A model generated the notes under the pieces. That model ran no database searches. It was given only the letters and a program-made list of their open reading frames with translations, and had not been told where the DNA came from. Positions 50,228-59,761 of a stretch of DNA of 64,000 nt are shown one piece after another; position 1 is the stretch's first letter; the number at the start of each line of letters is the position of its first letter. This DNA comes from Vicinamibacteria bacterium (lineage in GTDB: Bacteria; Acidobacteriota; Vicinamibacteria; Marinacidobacterales; Marinacidobacteraceae): positions 608,001 to 672,000 of the forward strand of contig OZ241322.1 of NCBI GenBank assembly GCA_965199715.1. The letters run 5' to 3'. The position numbers and the translations under genes are program-made.

Positions 50228-51141
50228 CGAACCACCGGCTCGAGGAGCGTGAGGCCCTCCGCGTCCATCCGCGCCTCGATCCCGAGCGGAACGGTCCGGC
50301 AGGGGCCGGACTCCACGTGCCCGGTCGCGAACCCGAACGCCGCCGGGACTCCCAGCGGAGCGGTGAGGCGCGCGAGAAGCTCGGAAAGCGTGTAGCCCTG
50401 GTCGGGGTGCTGCTCGCAGCCGGGCATCTGCCCGAAGACGATCCCGCGGACTCCGTCGAACGCCCCGCCGAGCCGGAGTTGGGTGAGCATCCGCTCGATC
50501 TGGAAGGGCTTCGTCGCGACGTCCTCCAGGACCGCGATGGCGCCCGCGAACGAAGGCGCCCACGGCGTCCCGTGAAGCGCGGCCACGAGCGAGAGGCAGC
50601 CCCCCCGAAGGACCCCCTCGGCGGTTCCCGGATGCAGCGGCGCGGCCCCGCGCCAGGGCAGCGGGAAGCCGGGGCCGTCGGCGGCCATCAACCCGAGAAG
50701 CTCGTCCGCGTCCCACGCCTGAGGGCCGCGGGCGATCTGCTGGGCGACCATCGGCCCATGCAGCGCCGGAAGTCCGGCCGCCGCGACTCCGGCCAGAAGC
50801 GCGGTGAGGTCGCTCGCGCCCAGAACGATCCGGGGACGTCCGCGCAGCTCCGCCTCGGGAAGCGCGGGCAGGAGGTCCATGCTCCCGTACCCACCGCGCG
50901 CGCCGAAGAGCGCCTCGACTTCGGGGTCGCGCCAGAGGTCGAGGAAGTCGGCGGCGCGCTCCTCGGCCGTGCCCGCGGTGTATGCGCGCCGCTCCATCAG
51001 GCGGCGGCCGCGCCGAATCCGGAACCCCAGCCGCTTCAATTCCCGCTCGCCGGCCTCGAGAAACTCGATCCGCACCGGGCTGGCCGGAGCGAAGACCCCG
51101 ACGACGGCGCCCGGGCGCACGGCCGGCGGGCGGACCGTCAC
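50224..51141 (-). CDS. LD-carboxypeptidase (S66)
   Basis: APAS, ARGGYGS, GASDLT, HGPM, GGCLS, LEDV, GH; GTGA overlaps at both ends. Confidence 0.9.
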   Translation of the reverse strand: MTVRPPAVRPGAVVGVFAPASPVRIEFLEAGERELKRLGFRIRRGRRLMERRAYTAGTAEERAADFLDLWRDPEVEALFGARGGYGSMDLLPALPEAELRGRPRIVLGASDLTALLAGVAAAGLPALHGPMVAQQIARGPQAWDADELLGLMAADGPGFPLPWRGAAPLHPGTAEGVLRGGCLSLVAALHGTPWAPSFAGAIAVLEDVATKPFQIERMLTQLRLGGAFDGVRGIVFGQMPGCEQHPDQGYTLSELLARLTAPLGVPAAFGFATGHVESGPCRTVPLGIEARMDAEGLTLLEPVVR

Positions 51142-51680
51142 CGGAACAGCCAGAAGGCGAGAATCGCGACCGCGACGAGCGCAGCGGCCGCCTTCAGGCG
51201 AAAGCGCAGCGGCTCTCCCGGCAGCGGTCCCGCAACGTGCACCGCCGGCAGCTTCAGGGCTTCGGATCGCCAGGCGTCCTCCTGGGGAACGGCCTCGACC
51301 GGCTCGGCGGGCGGCGCCGGAGTCTCGGGCAGACCGGCGGGCGACTCGACCCGGCAGCGGACGTCGGCGAACTGCACGACGTCTCCCGGGCGAATCTCCA
51401 CCCGGGTCGTCACCGAAAGGCCGTTCACCTGGGTGGAGTTCGTGCTCCCGACGTCGTCGAGGTGGAGGTCCGAGTCCCGCAACAGGAGCCGTGCGTGCTG
51501 GCCGCTCACGAACGCGTCCTCGATCCGGATGTGCGCCCAGGCGGCGCTCCCGACAAGCGTCGAGCGGCGCGAGATCGCGTGCGTCCGCGGCGCCTCGCTC
51601 GCCTCCTCGCCGGGGATTCCCGACGGCGCGCCCTCGACGACGAGCGCGAACCGCGGAAGAACCGGACGCTCGTCCCTCAC
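51138..51680 (-). CDS. FHA-domain protein with C-terminal TM anchor
   Basis: VSGQHARL...DDVGSTNSTQVNG...IRPGDVVQFAD; C-terminal hydrophobic helix. Confidence 0.78.
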   Translation of the reverse strand: MRDERPVLPRFALVVEGAPSGIPGEEASEAPRTHAISRRSTLVGSAAWAHIRIEDAFVSGQHARLLLRDSDLHLDDVGSTNSTQVNGLSVTTRVEIRPGDVVQFADVRCRVESPAGLPETPAPPAEPVEAVPQEDAWRSEALKLPAVHVAGPLPGEPLRFRLKAAAALVAVAILAFWLFR

Positions 51681-53662
51681 CGCAGGTTCCGCAACCGCCG
51701 CCGGAGGAGCGGCGCCAGTCGGGGGCCGTCGGGGGAGACGAGGAACGCCTCGGGAAACGCCTCGGCGGCCTCGAACGACTCGATCGCGCGGCTGCGCTCG
51801 CCGAGCGCGAGCAGCGCCAGCCCCCGGTAGTAGCGCCGGGTTCCCTCCAGCGGACCGACGGACTCCCGAAGCGCGAGGCCGCCGGACAGCGCCGCCTCCG
51901 GATCGTCGAGAAGGAATCGGCAAATTCCTTCCTCGAGCCCCGCGGCGGCGTCCTCGACCCCGGCGGCCCGGCCGGCGAGCAGTTGCACGAGCCGGCGGTT
52001 GCAGCGGTGGCCCGCCGGCGACGGCAGCACCGGCGCGTCCGCGAGCACGATCCGCAGCGGACGATCCGCGCCGTCGCGCGCGAGAAGCACGTCGAGCGCG
52101 TCCCCCGAAACCCGTCCGAGGAGCGACTGCCGAAAGTGGGATTCGTCCGCGACCGGCTCGCCCTCGATTTCCGCGAGGCGATCCCCGGCCTCCACGCCCG
52201 CCAGCGCCGCAGGCCCGTCGGGATGCACCGAAAAGACTTCCAGCACCGGCCTCGGCACGTGGTCCTCGCCCCGGGCGAAACGAAGGCCGGCGGAGAACCC
52301 GATCCAGACCCGCCGGCGCGCGACCGGCTGAAGGAGCGCCTCCGCGGCCGCCCCCGCCGAGGCCGGGTCGAACCGGTCGAACGGGACCTGATCGGGGACG
52401 GCGGATCCCGGAGCCAGCAGCTCCACCCGCCCGGCGGCGGCGACACGCACCTCGGCGGCGGCCGCGTCCGTCGCGCCGTCCGGGAGGACGAACCAGTCCG
52501 CGCTCGCGCCGAGCGCGCGCCGCACGGCTTCCTCCGCCGCGGGGTTCGCGTCGGGATCGCCGGGAACGAGGCGGATGAGGGGCCGGGTCGCGCACGAGAC
52601 CGACGCCCGCGCGTCGCGGGCGATATCCACCGACTTGCGGCACCGTCCCGCCGGATGCCGGATCTCGACCTCGTGCCTGCCCGCGCACAGCGCCGAGAAC
52701 GTCAGCGGCGCGACGCCGCGATCCTCGCCGTCGAGCAGCACCCGCGCTCCCGAGGGGACGCTCTCCACGAGGAGCGCGCCGGTCGAGGGCCGGAGGCGGA
52801 CGAAGCGCGGCAGGTAGTCCCGCGCCTCGTCCGCGTGGAAGGTGAACCGCGACTGGCGCCGGCAGGGCGCGGAGAGCGTGATCTCGTGCGCCCCGATGCG
52901 GAGCCCGCCGAGGCGCAGCGGAGCCGAGAATTCCTCGCCGGCGAACCGCGGCGGAACCATCGCGGCGAGCCGCTCCGGGAGATCGCCGCCGGTCGTTCCG
53001 GCCACCCGGCCGTCCACCCGCACGGTGACCCCGGCCGGAGCGGTGGCGATGGGCAGCACCGGCCCGCTGCGCTCCAGCTCGTGTTCGAGGCGGACCACCT
53101 CGCCGGCCAGCAGGTCCATCCGCGGGAACTCGAAGTCGGCGTAGCCCGCACGTTCGAGGCGCACCCGGATGGATCCGCCGATGACCGGCCAGGCGACGAG
53201 CGGGGTCTCGCCGGCGACCGCGCCTCCGACCAGGACCTCGGCCCCCGGCGGCGTGCTCTCCACGTGGATCCACGCCACGAGCCGGACGCGCTCCTGCTCG
53301 AAGGCGTCCACGACGGCGGGACTCAGGTCGGCCCGGTCGAGCTCCCAGCCGGGCCGCAGCAGGAGGAGCGTCCGGAAGTCGTTCGCGGCGTCGTCGCGGT
53401 CGCCGCGGCTGACGTGGGCGCGGGCGCGGTACTCGAGGGCGCGCCCGGCGATCTCGGCTTCCAGCGCCGCCAGCGGCGACTCGGGGTTCGCCTCGCCGGG
53501 GGGACGGTCCACGATGCCGGTGAGGGCGATCACGGCCCCGGTCGCCAGATCCGGGTCGGACGCCTGACGCCGCAGTTCCGACAATTCGGCCGAGAGCCGC
53601 CCCAGCTCGTCTTCCTGCGCGAACCCGCCGACGGCGAGCGCGGCGAGAAACAGCGCGATCAC
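51677..53662 (-). CDS. Exported TPR-PEGA(x3)-PDZ-TPR protein
   Basis: Signal peptide; PEGA repeats (VESTPPGAEV, ATAPAGVTV.VDG, VESVPSGARVLLDG); PDZ VHPDGPAALAGVEAGD; TPR YYRGLALLALG. Confidence 0.78.
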   Translation of the reverse strand: MIALFLAALAVGGFAQEDELGRLSAELSELRRQASDPDLATGAVIALTGIVDRPPGEANPESPLAALEAEIAGRALEYRARAHVSRGDRDDAANDFRTLLLLRPGWELDRADLSPAVVDAFEQERVRLVAWIHVESTPPGAEVLVGGAVAGETPLVAWPVIGGSIRVRLERAGYADFEFPRMDLLAGEVVRLEHELERSGPVLPIATAPAGVTVRVDGRVAGTTGGDLPERLAAMVPPRFAGEEFSAPLRLGGLRIGAHEITLSAPCRRQSRFTFHADEARDYLPRFVRLRPSTGALLVESVPSGARVLLDGEDRGVAPLTFSALCAGRHEVEIRHPAGRCRKSVDIARDARASVSCATRPLIRLVPGDPDANPAAEEAVRRALGASADWFVLPDGATDAAAAEVRVAAAGRVELLAPGSAVPDQVPFDRFDPASAGAAAEALLQPVARRRVWIGFSAGLRFARGEDHVPRPVLEVFSVHPDGPAALAGVEAGDRLAEIEGEPVADESHFRQSLLGRVSGDALDVLLARDGADRPLRIVLADAPVLPSPAGHRCNRRLVQLLAGRAAGVEDAAAGLEEGICRFLLDDPEAALSGGLALRESVGPLEGTRRYYRGLALLALGERSRAIESFEAAEAFPEAFLVSPDGPRLAPLLRRRLRNLR

Positions 53663-55122
53663 CGGAACGCTCCGATCGCGCCGCGCTCGCCGAGGACGAA
53701 CACCGTCCCATCCGAACCGACGTCCAGCGAGACCGGGTCCCGCAGCCCGGCCCGACCCAGCTCGCTCGCCGGAATGGACTCGGTCAACCGGAATTCGCGG
53801 TCGTACACCGCGACCAAAGGCCCTTGTCCGTCGAGGACGAACATGCGGCCCAGCGCGTCGAACGCGACGTCGAGAGGCTCGGCCACCGGAAGCCGCGCCA
53901 CCGAGTTGCCCGCGGCGTCCAACCCGCGCAGCCCGCCTTCCTCGCCGAGAACGAGGAGGTGTCCGGACGGATGGCGCTCGATCAGGCGAATGTCGGAAAG
54001 CTCCGCCGGCCCCACGTCCACGAACACGAGCGAATGGGTGAAGCGGAACGCCCGCTCGCGTCGCTCGTCCCAGACCCATAGCCCTTCCGGGGTCACGGCG
54101 ACCGAGCGGATGCGGTCCAGCGCCCGGAGCCGCCCCGCTTCGTCGGGGACGAGGAGGCGCACCGGCTGGCCGTCCACGACGAGCGCTCGCTCGGCGGCGA
54201 TCGCCGGCCTGCCGTCGAACAGCAGGGCGAAGCTCCGCGCGTCGTCCACCGGGACGACCCCGGTCGTGGTTCCGTCGAGCGTGAAGCTCTGGAGCTCGTC
54301 GGTGTCCCGGTCGAGGACGTGGAGCTCGCGGCCGGACGCCCGCAACCGGAGCGGACGGTCGAGCGGGCGCGGCGCCCGCACCCCTCCGGCGAGCGTCCAC
54401 GCGCGACCCGCCCCCACGTCCCGGATGAGGGTCACGATCTCGAGGGCGCGGTCGCCGAGCTCGCTTTCGGGCGGAAGATCGGCGCGGAGCGCGACCAGCG
54501 CGTCGAGCGCCGCCGCCCGGTCGCCCGAGCGGGCGAGCGCTTGTCCGAGGAGGAAACGCGCCTCGAGGCGCTCCGCCGGGTCGCCCCCGGCCTCGTTCCC
54601 GTAGAGAGCCTCGAGGAGGGCGCCCGCGGCCTCGTCGTCGCGCATGAACGCGAAGGAGTGGCGGGCGAGCTCGAGCAGCGCGTCGCGCGAGCCGCTCGAC
54701 CCGACGCCCACGCCGAGCGCGGCCACGCGCTCCCAGTCCGCCTGGGCGTCGTCGAACCGGGGCGGGATCGCCTCGCGCGCGATCCGGGCGCGCAGCAGGT
54801 AGGCCCCCGGCGTCGCGTCTCCCGCGGGGAACTGCGTGAGGATGCGCTCCACCATCGCTCCGGCGCCGGCCGGGTCTTCGCCGACCTCGAGCCGCCACCG
54901 GGCGATGCGCAGCGCCGCGTCGTCCGCGAGGCTGCTCTCGGTCATCGTCTCGAGCACGGCCTCGAAGTCGCGCAGCGCCTGCTCGTGGCGGCCGCCGCTC
55001 AGGAACTGGTCGCCGCTCGCAAGCCGGCTGCGCGCCGCCCGCTCAAGATCGGAGTCGGGCTGCGCGGCGGCCCCGGACGCGGCGCCCAGGAGGATGGCGA
55101 GGGCGGCGGCTCTTCGGGCCAT
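53659..55122 (-). CDS. Exported TPR (BamD/YfiO-like) + beta-propeller (NHL-like) protein
   Basis: Signal peptide; SSLADDAAL, QFPAGDATPGAYL; C-terminal P.DVAFD..GR.FVLD and P.SLDVGSDG.VFVL repeats. Start uncertain. Confidence 0.72.
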   Translation of the reverse strand: MARRAAALAILLGAASGAAAQPDSDLERAARSRLASGDQFLSGGRHEQALRDFEAVLETMTESSLADDAALRIARWRLEVGEDPAGAGAMVERILTQFPAGDATPGAYLLRARIAREAIPPRFDDAQADWERVAALGVGVGSSGSRDALLELARHSFAFMRDDEAAGALLEALYGNEAGGDPAERLEARFLLGQALARSGDRAAALDALVALRADLPPESELGDRALEIVTLIRDVGAGRAWTLAGGVRAPRPLDRPLRLRASGRELHVLDRDTDELQSFTLDGTTTGVVPVDDARSFALLFDGRPAIAAERALVVDGQPVRLLVPDEAGRLRALDRIRSVAVTPEGLWVWDERRERAFRFTHSLVFVDVGPAELSDIRLIERHPSGHLLVLGEEGGLRGLDAAGNSVARLPVAEPLDVAFDALGRMFVLDGQGPLVAVYDREFRLTESIPASELGRAGLRDPVSLDVGSDGTVFVLGERGAIGAFR

Positions 55123-55162
55123 GTCGGCGACGCCTCGCATCGTAACAGTCACGATCGGCCCG

Positions 55163-55747
55163 TCAGCACCGTGGCGACGCGGCGCTCCGAAGCTCCCGGA
55201 CGGCTTCGGGAGACCCCATCGACCGGATGGCTGCGACCCCGGCGACCCCCGAGTCCAGCACGCCGGCCACGTTCTCGGGCGCGATCCCGCCGATGGCCCA
55301 GACCGGCGCTTCCGACTCCCGCGCCGCCCGCTCCAACTCCCCCGCCGGAAGCGGAGTCCGCTTCGCCCCCGTCGGAAACGCGGGCCCGAGGATCACCCAG
55401 TCGGCCCCGAGACGCGCCGTCTCGACGGCGGACCGGGCGCTGTGCGCGGAACGGCCGATCCGCAGATTCGGATGCCGGCGCCGCACCTCGTCCAACGGAA
55501 GCCCCGCCTCGGGCAGATGCAGGCCGCCCACCGGAAACGTCAGCGCGAGCGGGAGCCGGTCGTTCAGGATGAGCCGGGAGAGCGTTTCCGGTTCGACGCG
55601 ATCGAGGAATTCCTCGAAGTCGCGGTCGCTCGCGCGCCGGTCCCGCAACTGGACCCAGTCCGCCCCGCCGTCGAGGACGGCCGCAAGCCGCCCCGGATCG
55701 CCGGCGCCTGCGAGATCCGTGACCGCGCAGAGGACCGGACGGGTCAG
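55163..55747 (-). CDS. Thiamine phosphate synthase family protein (ThiE/TenI)
   Basis: GADWVQLRDR, ILNDR, GLHL, GRSAHS, GPAFPT..K, PVWAIGGI, GVAAIR. Frame extends to CTG 55747. Confidence 0.85.
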   Translation of the reverse strand: MTRPVLCAVTDLAGAGDPGRLAAVLDGGADWVQLRDRRASDRDFEEFLDRVEPETLSRLILNDRLPLALTFPVGGLHLPEAGLPLDEVRRRHPNLRIGRSAHSARSAVETARLGADWVILGPAFPTGAKRTPLPAGELERAARESEAPVWAIGGIAPENVAGVLDSGVAGVAAIRSMGSPEAVRELRSAASPRC

Positions 55748-56139
55748 CGCCGCTTCTCGCGCAGGCGGGCCGCCTTGCCCTTCCGCTGCCGCAGGAAGTA
55801 GAGCTTGGCGCGGCGGACGTGGTGCGAACGGACGACCTCGACCTTCGCCACGAGCGGCGAGTGGAGCGGGAAGATGCGCTCCACGGACACCCCGAACGAG
55901 GTCTTGCGCACTGTGATGGTCCTCCGGTTCCCGCCGTGCTTCATCGCGATCAGGATTCCTTCGAACACCTGGATCCGCTCGCGTTCGCCCTCGCGGATCG
56001 TGGCGTGCACCCGGATCGCGTCGCCGGGCCGCAAGTCGGGCCGGTCGGAGCGGAGTTCCGCCTCCTCGAGCGTGCGGATGACCTCGGCCGCCGGCGGCGG
56101 CGCGGGCGCGGCGGTGGTGGTCTCGAGACTGGTGCTCAT
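55744..56139 (-). CDS. rplS: 50S ribosomal protein L19
   Basis: EGERERIQVFEG, TVRKTSFGVSVERIFP.HSP, VRRAKLYFLR. Confidence 0.97.
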   Translation of the reverse strand: MSTSLETTTAAPAPPPAAEVIRTLEEAELRSDRPDLRPGDAIRVHATIREGERERIQVFEGILIAMKHGGNRRTITVRKTSFGVSVERIFPLHSPLVAKVEVVRSHHVRRAKLYFLRQRKGKAARLREKRR

Positions 56140-56855
56140 GACGGTTCTTCCTTTCCTTGCGCTTCGGCGGCGACGGCCCTCCGCCACAGATCGGGGCGCC
56201 GGGCTCGCGTGAGTTGGGTCGACTGCTCGAGCCGGAAGCGGCGCACGGCGGCGTGATCCCCCGAGCGGAGGACCGGGGGCACTTCGGCGCCGCGCCAGAC
56301 GGCGGGGCGGGTGTACTGCGGATGCTCCAGCAGGCCGTTGGAGAACGACTCCTCGACCACGGAAGCCTCGTCGCCGACGGCGCCCGGGATGAGCCGGGCG
56401 ACCGCCTCGACGACGATCATGGCGGGGATCTCCCCGCCGGCGAGGACGTAGTCCCCCACCGAGAGCTCCTCCGCCCCGGCGAGCGTGAGGAACCGCTCGT
56501 CCACGCCCTCGTAGCGCCCGGCGACGAGGAGCAGGCGCTCCGCTCCCGCGAGGCCGGCGACCCGGCTCTGGTCCAGCGGCGCGCCGCGGGGGGACATGAG
56601 GAGCACGCGCGGCGTCTCCGGCGCCATCGCGGCGATGTCGTCCACCGCCCGCACCAGCGGCTCGACCCGCATCACCATCCCCGGCCCGCCGCCGTAGGGC
56701 GCGTCGTCGGCGCGCTGGTAGCGCCCGTCGCTCCAGTCGGTGAGCTGGTGGACGTGGATCGAAAGGAGCCCGGCTTCCCGCGCGCGGCGGGTGATCCCGT
56801 GCGCGAAGACGTCGGAGAACATGCCCGGAAAGAGCGTGAGGACGTCGACGCGCAT
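56136..56855 (-). CDS. trmD: tRNA (guanine-N1)-methyltransferase
   Basis: TLFP, DDAPYGGGPGMV, GRYEGVDER, GDYVL.GGE, LLEHPQYTRP. Confidence 0.97.
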   Translation of the reverse strand: MRVDVLTLFPGMFSDVFAHGITRRAREAGLLSIHVHQLTDWSDGRYQRADDAPYGGGPGMVMRVEPLVRAVDDIAAMAPETPRVLLMSPRGAPLDQSRVAGLAGAERLLLVAGRYEGVDERFLTLAGAEELSVGDYVLAGGEIPAMIVVEAVARLIPGAVGDEASVVEESFSNGLLEHPQYTRPAVWRGAEVPPVLRSGDHAAVRRFRLEQSTQLTRARRPDLWRRAVAAEAQGKEEPS

Positions 56856-57445
56856 CAGCCGTTCACCCCGAGAAGCCCTTCGGGCGGATCCATGAGGATG
56901 CGGCGGGCGGCGGGGTCCACTTCCGGGCAGATCCCCTCGACGAACGGGACGAGCGACTCGCCGCCGTCGGGACGGCGCAGGACCAGCAGCAGGCCGCCCC
57001 CGGCCTCCTCCACGCCGGCGACTTCGCCGAGCGGCTCCCCCGAGACCGATTCGGCGCGGCAGCCGATGAGCTCGTGGAAGTAGAAGGCGTCCTCGGCGAG
57101 CTCCTCCAGCTCCGATTCGGGCATCCGGATCTCGCGGCGGCGCAGCGCCTCGGCCCCGCTGACGTCGTCCGCGCCCTCGAAGCGGAGCACCGGGCGCCCC
57201 TTCAGGATCCGGGAGGAAAGAACCTCCATCCGGCGGGCCGGCTCGCCGGGAACGGCGACTCCGAGGTACCGGACTCCGGAAAAACGCTCCGGATCCCCGT
57301 TCAGCGGCTCGACGAAGACCTCGCCCCGCCTCCCGAACGCACGGCCGATGACCCCCACCACGACCTCCGAAACGCCGGAGGCCGTCGCGGGCTCACCGGC
57401 CCCCGGCTCGCTTTCCGCCATTCTCCCGTCGCTCATGGTCGTCAT
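56855..57445 (-). CDS. rimM: 16S rRNA processing protein RimM
   Basis: VGVIGRAFG..GEV, FYFHELIG, LVPFV, PPEGL; position between rpsP and trmD. Start uncertain. Confidence 0.92.
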   Translation of the reverse strand: MTTMSDGRMAESEPGAGEPATASGVSEVVVGVIGRAFGRRGEVFVEPLNGDPERFSGVRYLGVAVPGEPARRMEVLSSRILKGRPVLRFEGADDVSGAEALRRREIRMPESELEELAEDAFYFHELIGCRAESVSGEPLGEVAGVEEAGGGLLLVLRRPDGGESLVPFVEGICPEVDPAARRILMDPPEGLLGVNG

Positions 57446-57513
57446 GGGCCAAGAACATGCTCGTGATGGATGGGAATGCGGAAGGCCGCGGACGGGGCGC
57501 GACCGCCGGGCGA

Positions 57514-57771
57514 TCAGCCCGCGGTTTCGGCCGGGAGCTTCCGAAGCAGCTTCCGCACCGTCGCGGTCGGCTGCGCGCCGCGGCCGATCCAGAAGCGCGC
57601 CCGCTCCTCGTTGACCCGAACCCGACCCTCGGCGTCGCTCGGCATGCGCGGGTGGTAGTGACCCACCGTCTCGACGATGCGTCCGACCTTGCCGTGCAGG
57701 GCGTCCGCGACGACGACCCGGTAGTGTGCGTCGCGCTTCCGGCCGGTGCGGGCAAGCCTGATGTTCAGCAT
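57514..57771 (-). CDS. rpsP: 30S ribosomal protein S16
   Basis: MLNIRLARTG...YRVVVAD...VGHYHP...W..RGAQPT.TV. Confidence 0.93.
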   Translation of the reverse strand: MLNIRLARTGRKRDAHYRVVVADALHGKVGRIVETVGHYHPRMPSDAEGRVRVNEERARFWIGRGAQPTATVRKLLRKLPAETAG

Positions 57772-57789
57772 TGGGTCAGAGCGCGAATC

Positions 57790-59160
57790 TTAGCAGCGCG
57801 GCGCGCCGGAGCGCAGGCTGCCGACCAGCAGCGCTACGCCCGAGACCGCGATCCCGAGAAGCGGCGGAGAGAGGAAGCCCGCCGCCTCGCCGACGAAGTA
57901 CGCGAGGACCCCGAGGGCCGCCGATGGCAGCACCGCGGCGCGGCGGACCGGGAGCCGGTGGACCGCCGCCGCCACCGGCGCCAGCAGCGAGACGCCGAGC
58001 AGCGAATAGAAGACGGTCAGCGACTCGACGACCCCCTGCCCGAAGACGGCGAGGACCGTGCCCAGAACGCCTCCGGCGACCGCGGCGAGCCGCGCCGCCC
58101 GCAGCACCTGCTTCGAGGAGGCGTCCGGCTTCCAGAACCGGCCGTAGAAGTCGCGGCCGAGCGAGGTGGAGAGCATGAAGAGCACTGCGTCGGCGCTCGA
58201 GACCTCGGCCGAGAAGAGCGCCGCGACCCCTAGGCAGCCGAGCCAGACCGGAAGCGACAGGACGAGCAGCGTCGGGAGCGCGGCGTCGGGGCGGTGGAGG
58301 CCCGGATGCAGCGCCGCCGCCGCGAGGCCGAGAATCGGCGGGATCGCGGCGAAGAGCAGCATCGCGAGCCCGGCCCCGAAGAGGCCGCGCCGCACTGCCC
58401 GCTCGTCGCGTCCACCGAACGCCTTCTGGAGGATCCCCGGCGAGGCGAGGAACGCCGGGATCAGCAGCGCCGAGTAGCGCAGCGCGAGCAGGGGTTCGCT
58501 CATCGGATCGAGCGCGGCGGCGCCGAGGAGGCGCTCGAGGCCGGCCCAGCCGCCCGCGGCGGCGAGCGCCCAGACCGTCGCGAGCCCGAGGCCGACGAGC
58601 AGGACCCCCAACTGGAGGAGGTTCACGAAGGCGGCGCTCGCGAGGCCTCCGGCGGCGAAGTAGAGCGTCATCACGAGCGCCGACGCCCCGACCGCCGCGG
58701 GGTACGGAAGGCCGGTCACGGCCTCGACCAGCACTCCGGCCGCGATGAGTTGGGCGGCCAGCACGAACAGCGTGGCCACCAGCAGCAGTCCGGTGAGCGC
58801 GGCGCGCACGGTCGCCCCGTACCGCAGCTCGAGGAGGTCGCCCACGGTGTGCAGGCGATGTTCCCTGGCGACGCGCCACACGCGCGGCCCGAGCCACGCG
58901 GCGAGGATCAGCGTGCCGACCCCGCCGGCCCCCACCCACCACGACGCGGCGAGGCCGTGCTCGTACCCGAGCGCCGCGGCGCCCACGGTCGATCCGGCCC
59001 CGATGTTCGCCGCGAGCACAGTCGCGAACACGAGCCGCGCCGGAAGCGCGCGACCAGCCACGAAGAAACTCGAGGCGGACCGGACGCCGTGCGAGACGAG
59101 GAACCCGGCGGCGACGAGCAGCGCCGAGTACGCGACGAGCACGTGAAGGTAGGGAAACAC
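57790..59160 (-). CDS. Sodium:solute symporter family protein
   Basis: FFVAGR, AANIGAGSTVG, GGLAS, FSAEVSSAD; many TM helices. Confidence 0.9.
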   Translation of the reverse strand: MFPYLHVLVAYSALLVAAGFLVSHGVRSASSFFVAGRALPARLVFATVLAANIGAGSTVGAAALGYEHGLAASWWVGAGGVGTLILAAWLGPRVWRVAREHRLHTVGDLLELRYGATVRAALTGLLLVATLFVLAAQLIAAGVLVEAVTGLPYPAAVGASALVMTLYFAAGGLASAAFVNLLQLGVLLVGLGLATVWALAAAGGWAGLERLLGAAALDPMSEPLLALRYSALLIPAFLASPGILQKAFGGRDERAVRRGLFGAGLAMLLFAAIPPILGLAAAALHPGLHRPDAALPTLLVLSLPVWLGCLGVAALFSAEVSSADAVLFMLSTSLGRDFYGRFWKPDASSKQVLRAARLAAVAGGVLGTVLAVFGQGVVESLTVFYSLLGVSLLAPVAAAVHRLPVRRAAVLPSAALGVLAYFVGEAAGFLSPPLLGIAVSGVALLVGSLRSGAPRC

Positions 59161-59261
59161 CGGTTCTGTGCGATACTAGATTCTCCGGGCTCGCTCCCCC
59201 GACGGCCGCGCGCAGCCCGCCGAAGCTACCGTTCACGCGTCGCTGAAGAGGAGTGGCAGGA

Positions 59262-59654
59262 ATGAAGCGAGCAATCTTGACGTCGGCCCTCGCGCTCGGA
59301 GCGCTGGGCCTTGTCGCCGCGCACGCCGCCGGGTCGGGGTCGATCGGGTTCGGCGCGGGCAAGGTCGGCCCGCGGGCCGCCTATTCACAGGGGAAGGCCC
59401 TGACCTATCGGGAGCTGGCGTGCGACGGGTGTCCGCTCGGGCAAGGCGAACTGAACGACGATTCGGCGATGCGCTTGGCCGACAGCCTCGAGGCCGCCTA
59501 CTACGACCTGGCCGCCGGCGCCGACGCGGACGTCGTTCAGGCCCTGTGCGGCGACGGCTTGGAGGACTGCAAGGCCCGGATCGAAATGGTCCACTACTTC
59601 CTGTCCCGGCGGTTCGGACCGGTCTGGATCAAGAACACGCGCGGCGGCCCCTGA
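59262..59654 (+). CDS. Secreted small protein with CxxCP motif (cytochrome-c-like pattern)
   Basis: Signal peptide; YSQGKAL..RELACDGCP; second Cys pair ALC..EDC; C-terminal VHYFLSRRF. Confidence 0.72.
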   Translation: MKRAILTSALALGALGLVAAHAAGSGSIGFGAGKVGPRAAYSQGKALTYRELACDGCPLGQGELNDDSAMRLADSLEAAYYDLAAGADADVVQALCGDGLEDCKARIEMVHYFLSRRFGPVWIKNTRGGP

Positions 59655-59761
59655 GCCCGCCGCCAGTGCAATGCTCGCCGCATCCGAATCACGCTATTGG
59701 TCGGCCCCGGGAATCTCGTCGCAGTCGCGGCTTGCGTGCGGCCGACAGGGAGAACAGGGAC

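Noticed and set aside
50804-54604. Very long ORFs antisense to or overlapping real genes (e.g. 1266 aa here, 32712..35507, 42721..45594, 1991..4357)
   Set aside because: Arg/Pro/Ala-rich or antisense shadow frames, expected at this GC content; the recognisable proteins are in other frames.
56855-57771. Absence of a KH-domain gene between rpsP and rimM as a novelty
   Set aside because: The rpsP-rimM-trmD-rplS order without khpA is common in bacteria.
59262-59654. Bona fide c-type cytochrome
   Set aside because: The motif is CxxCP, not CxxCH, so only a fold resemblance is proposed.
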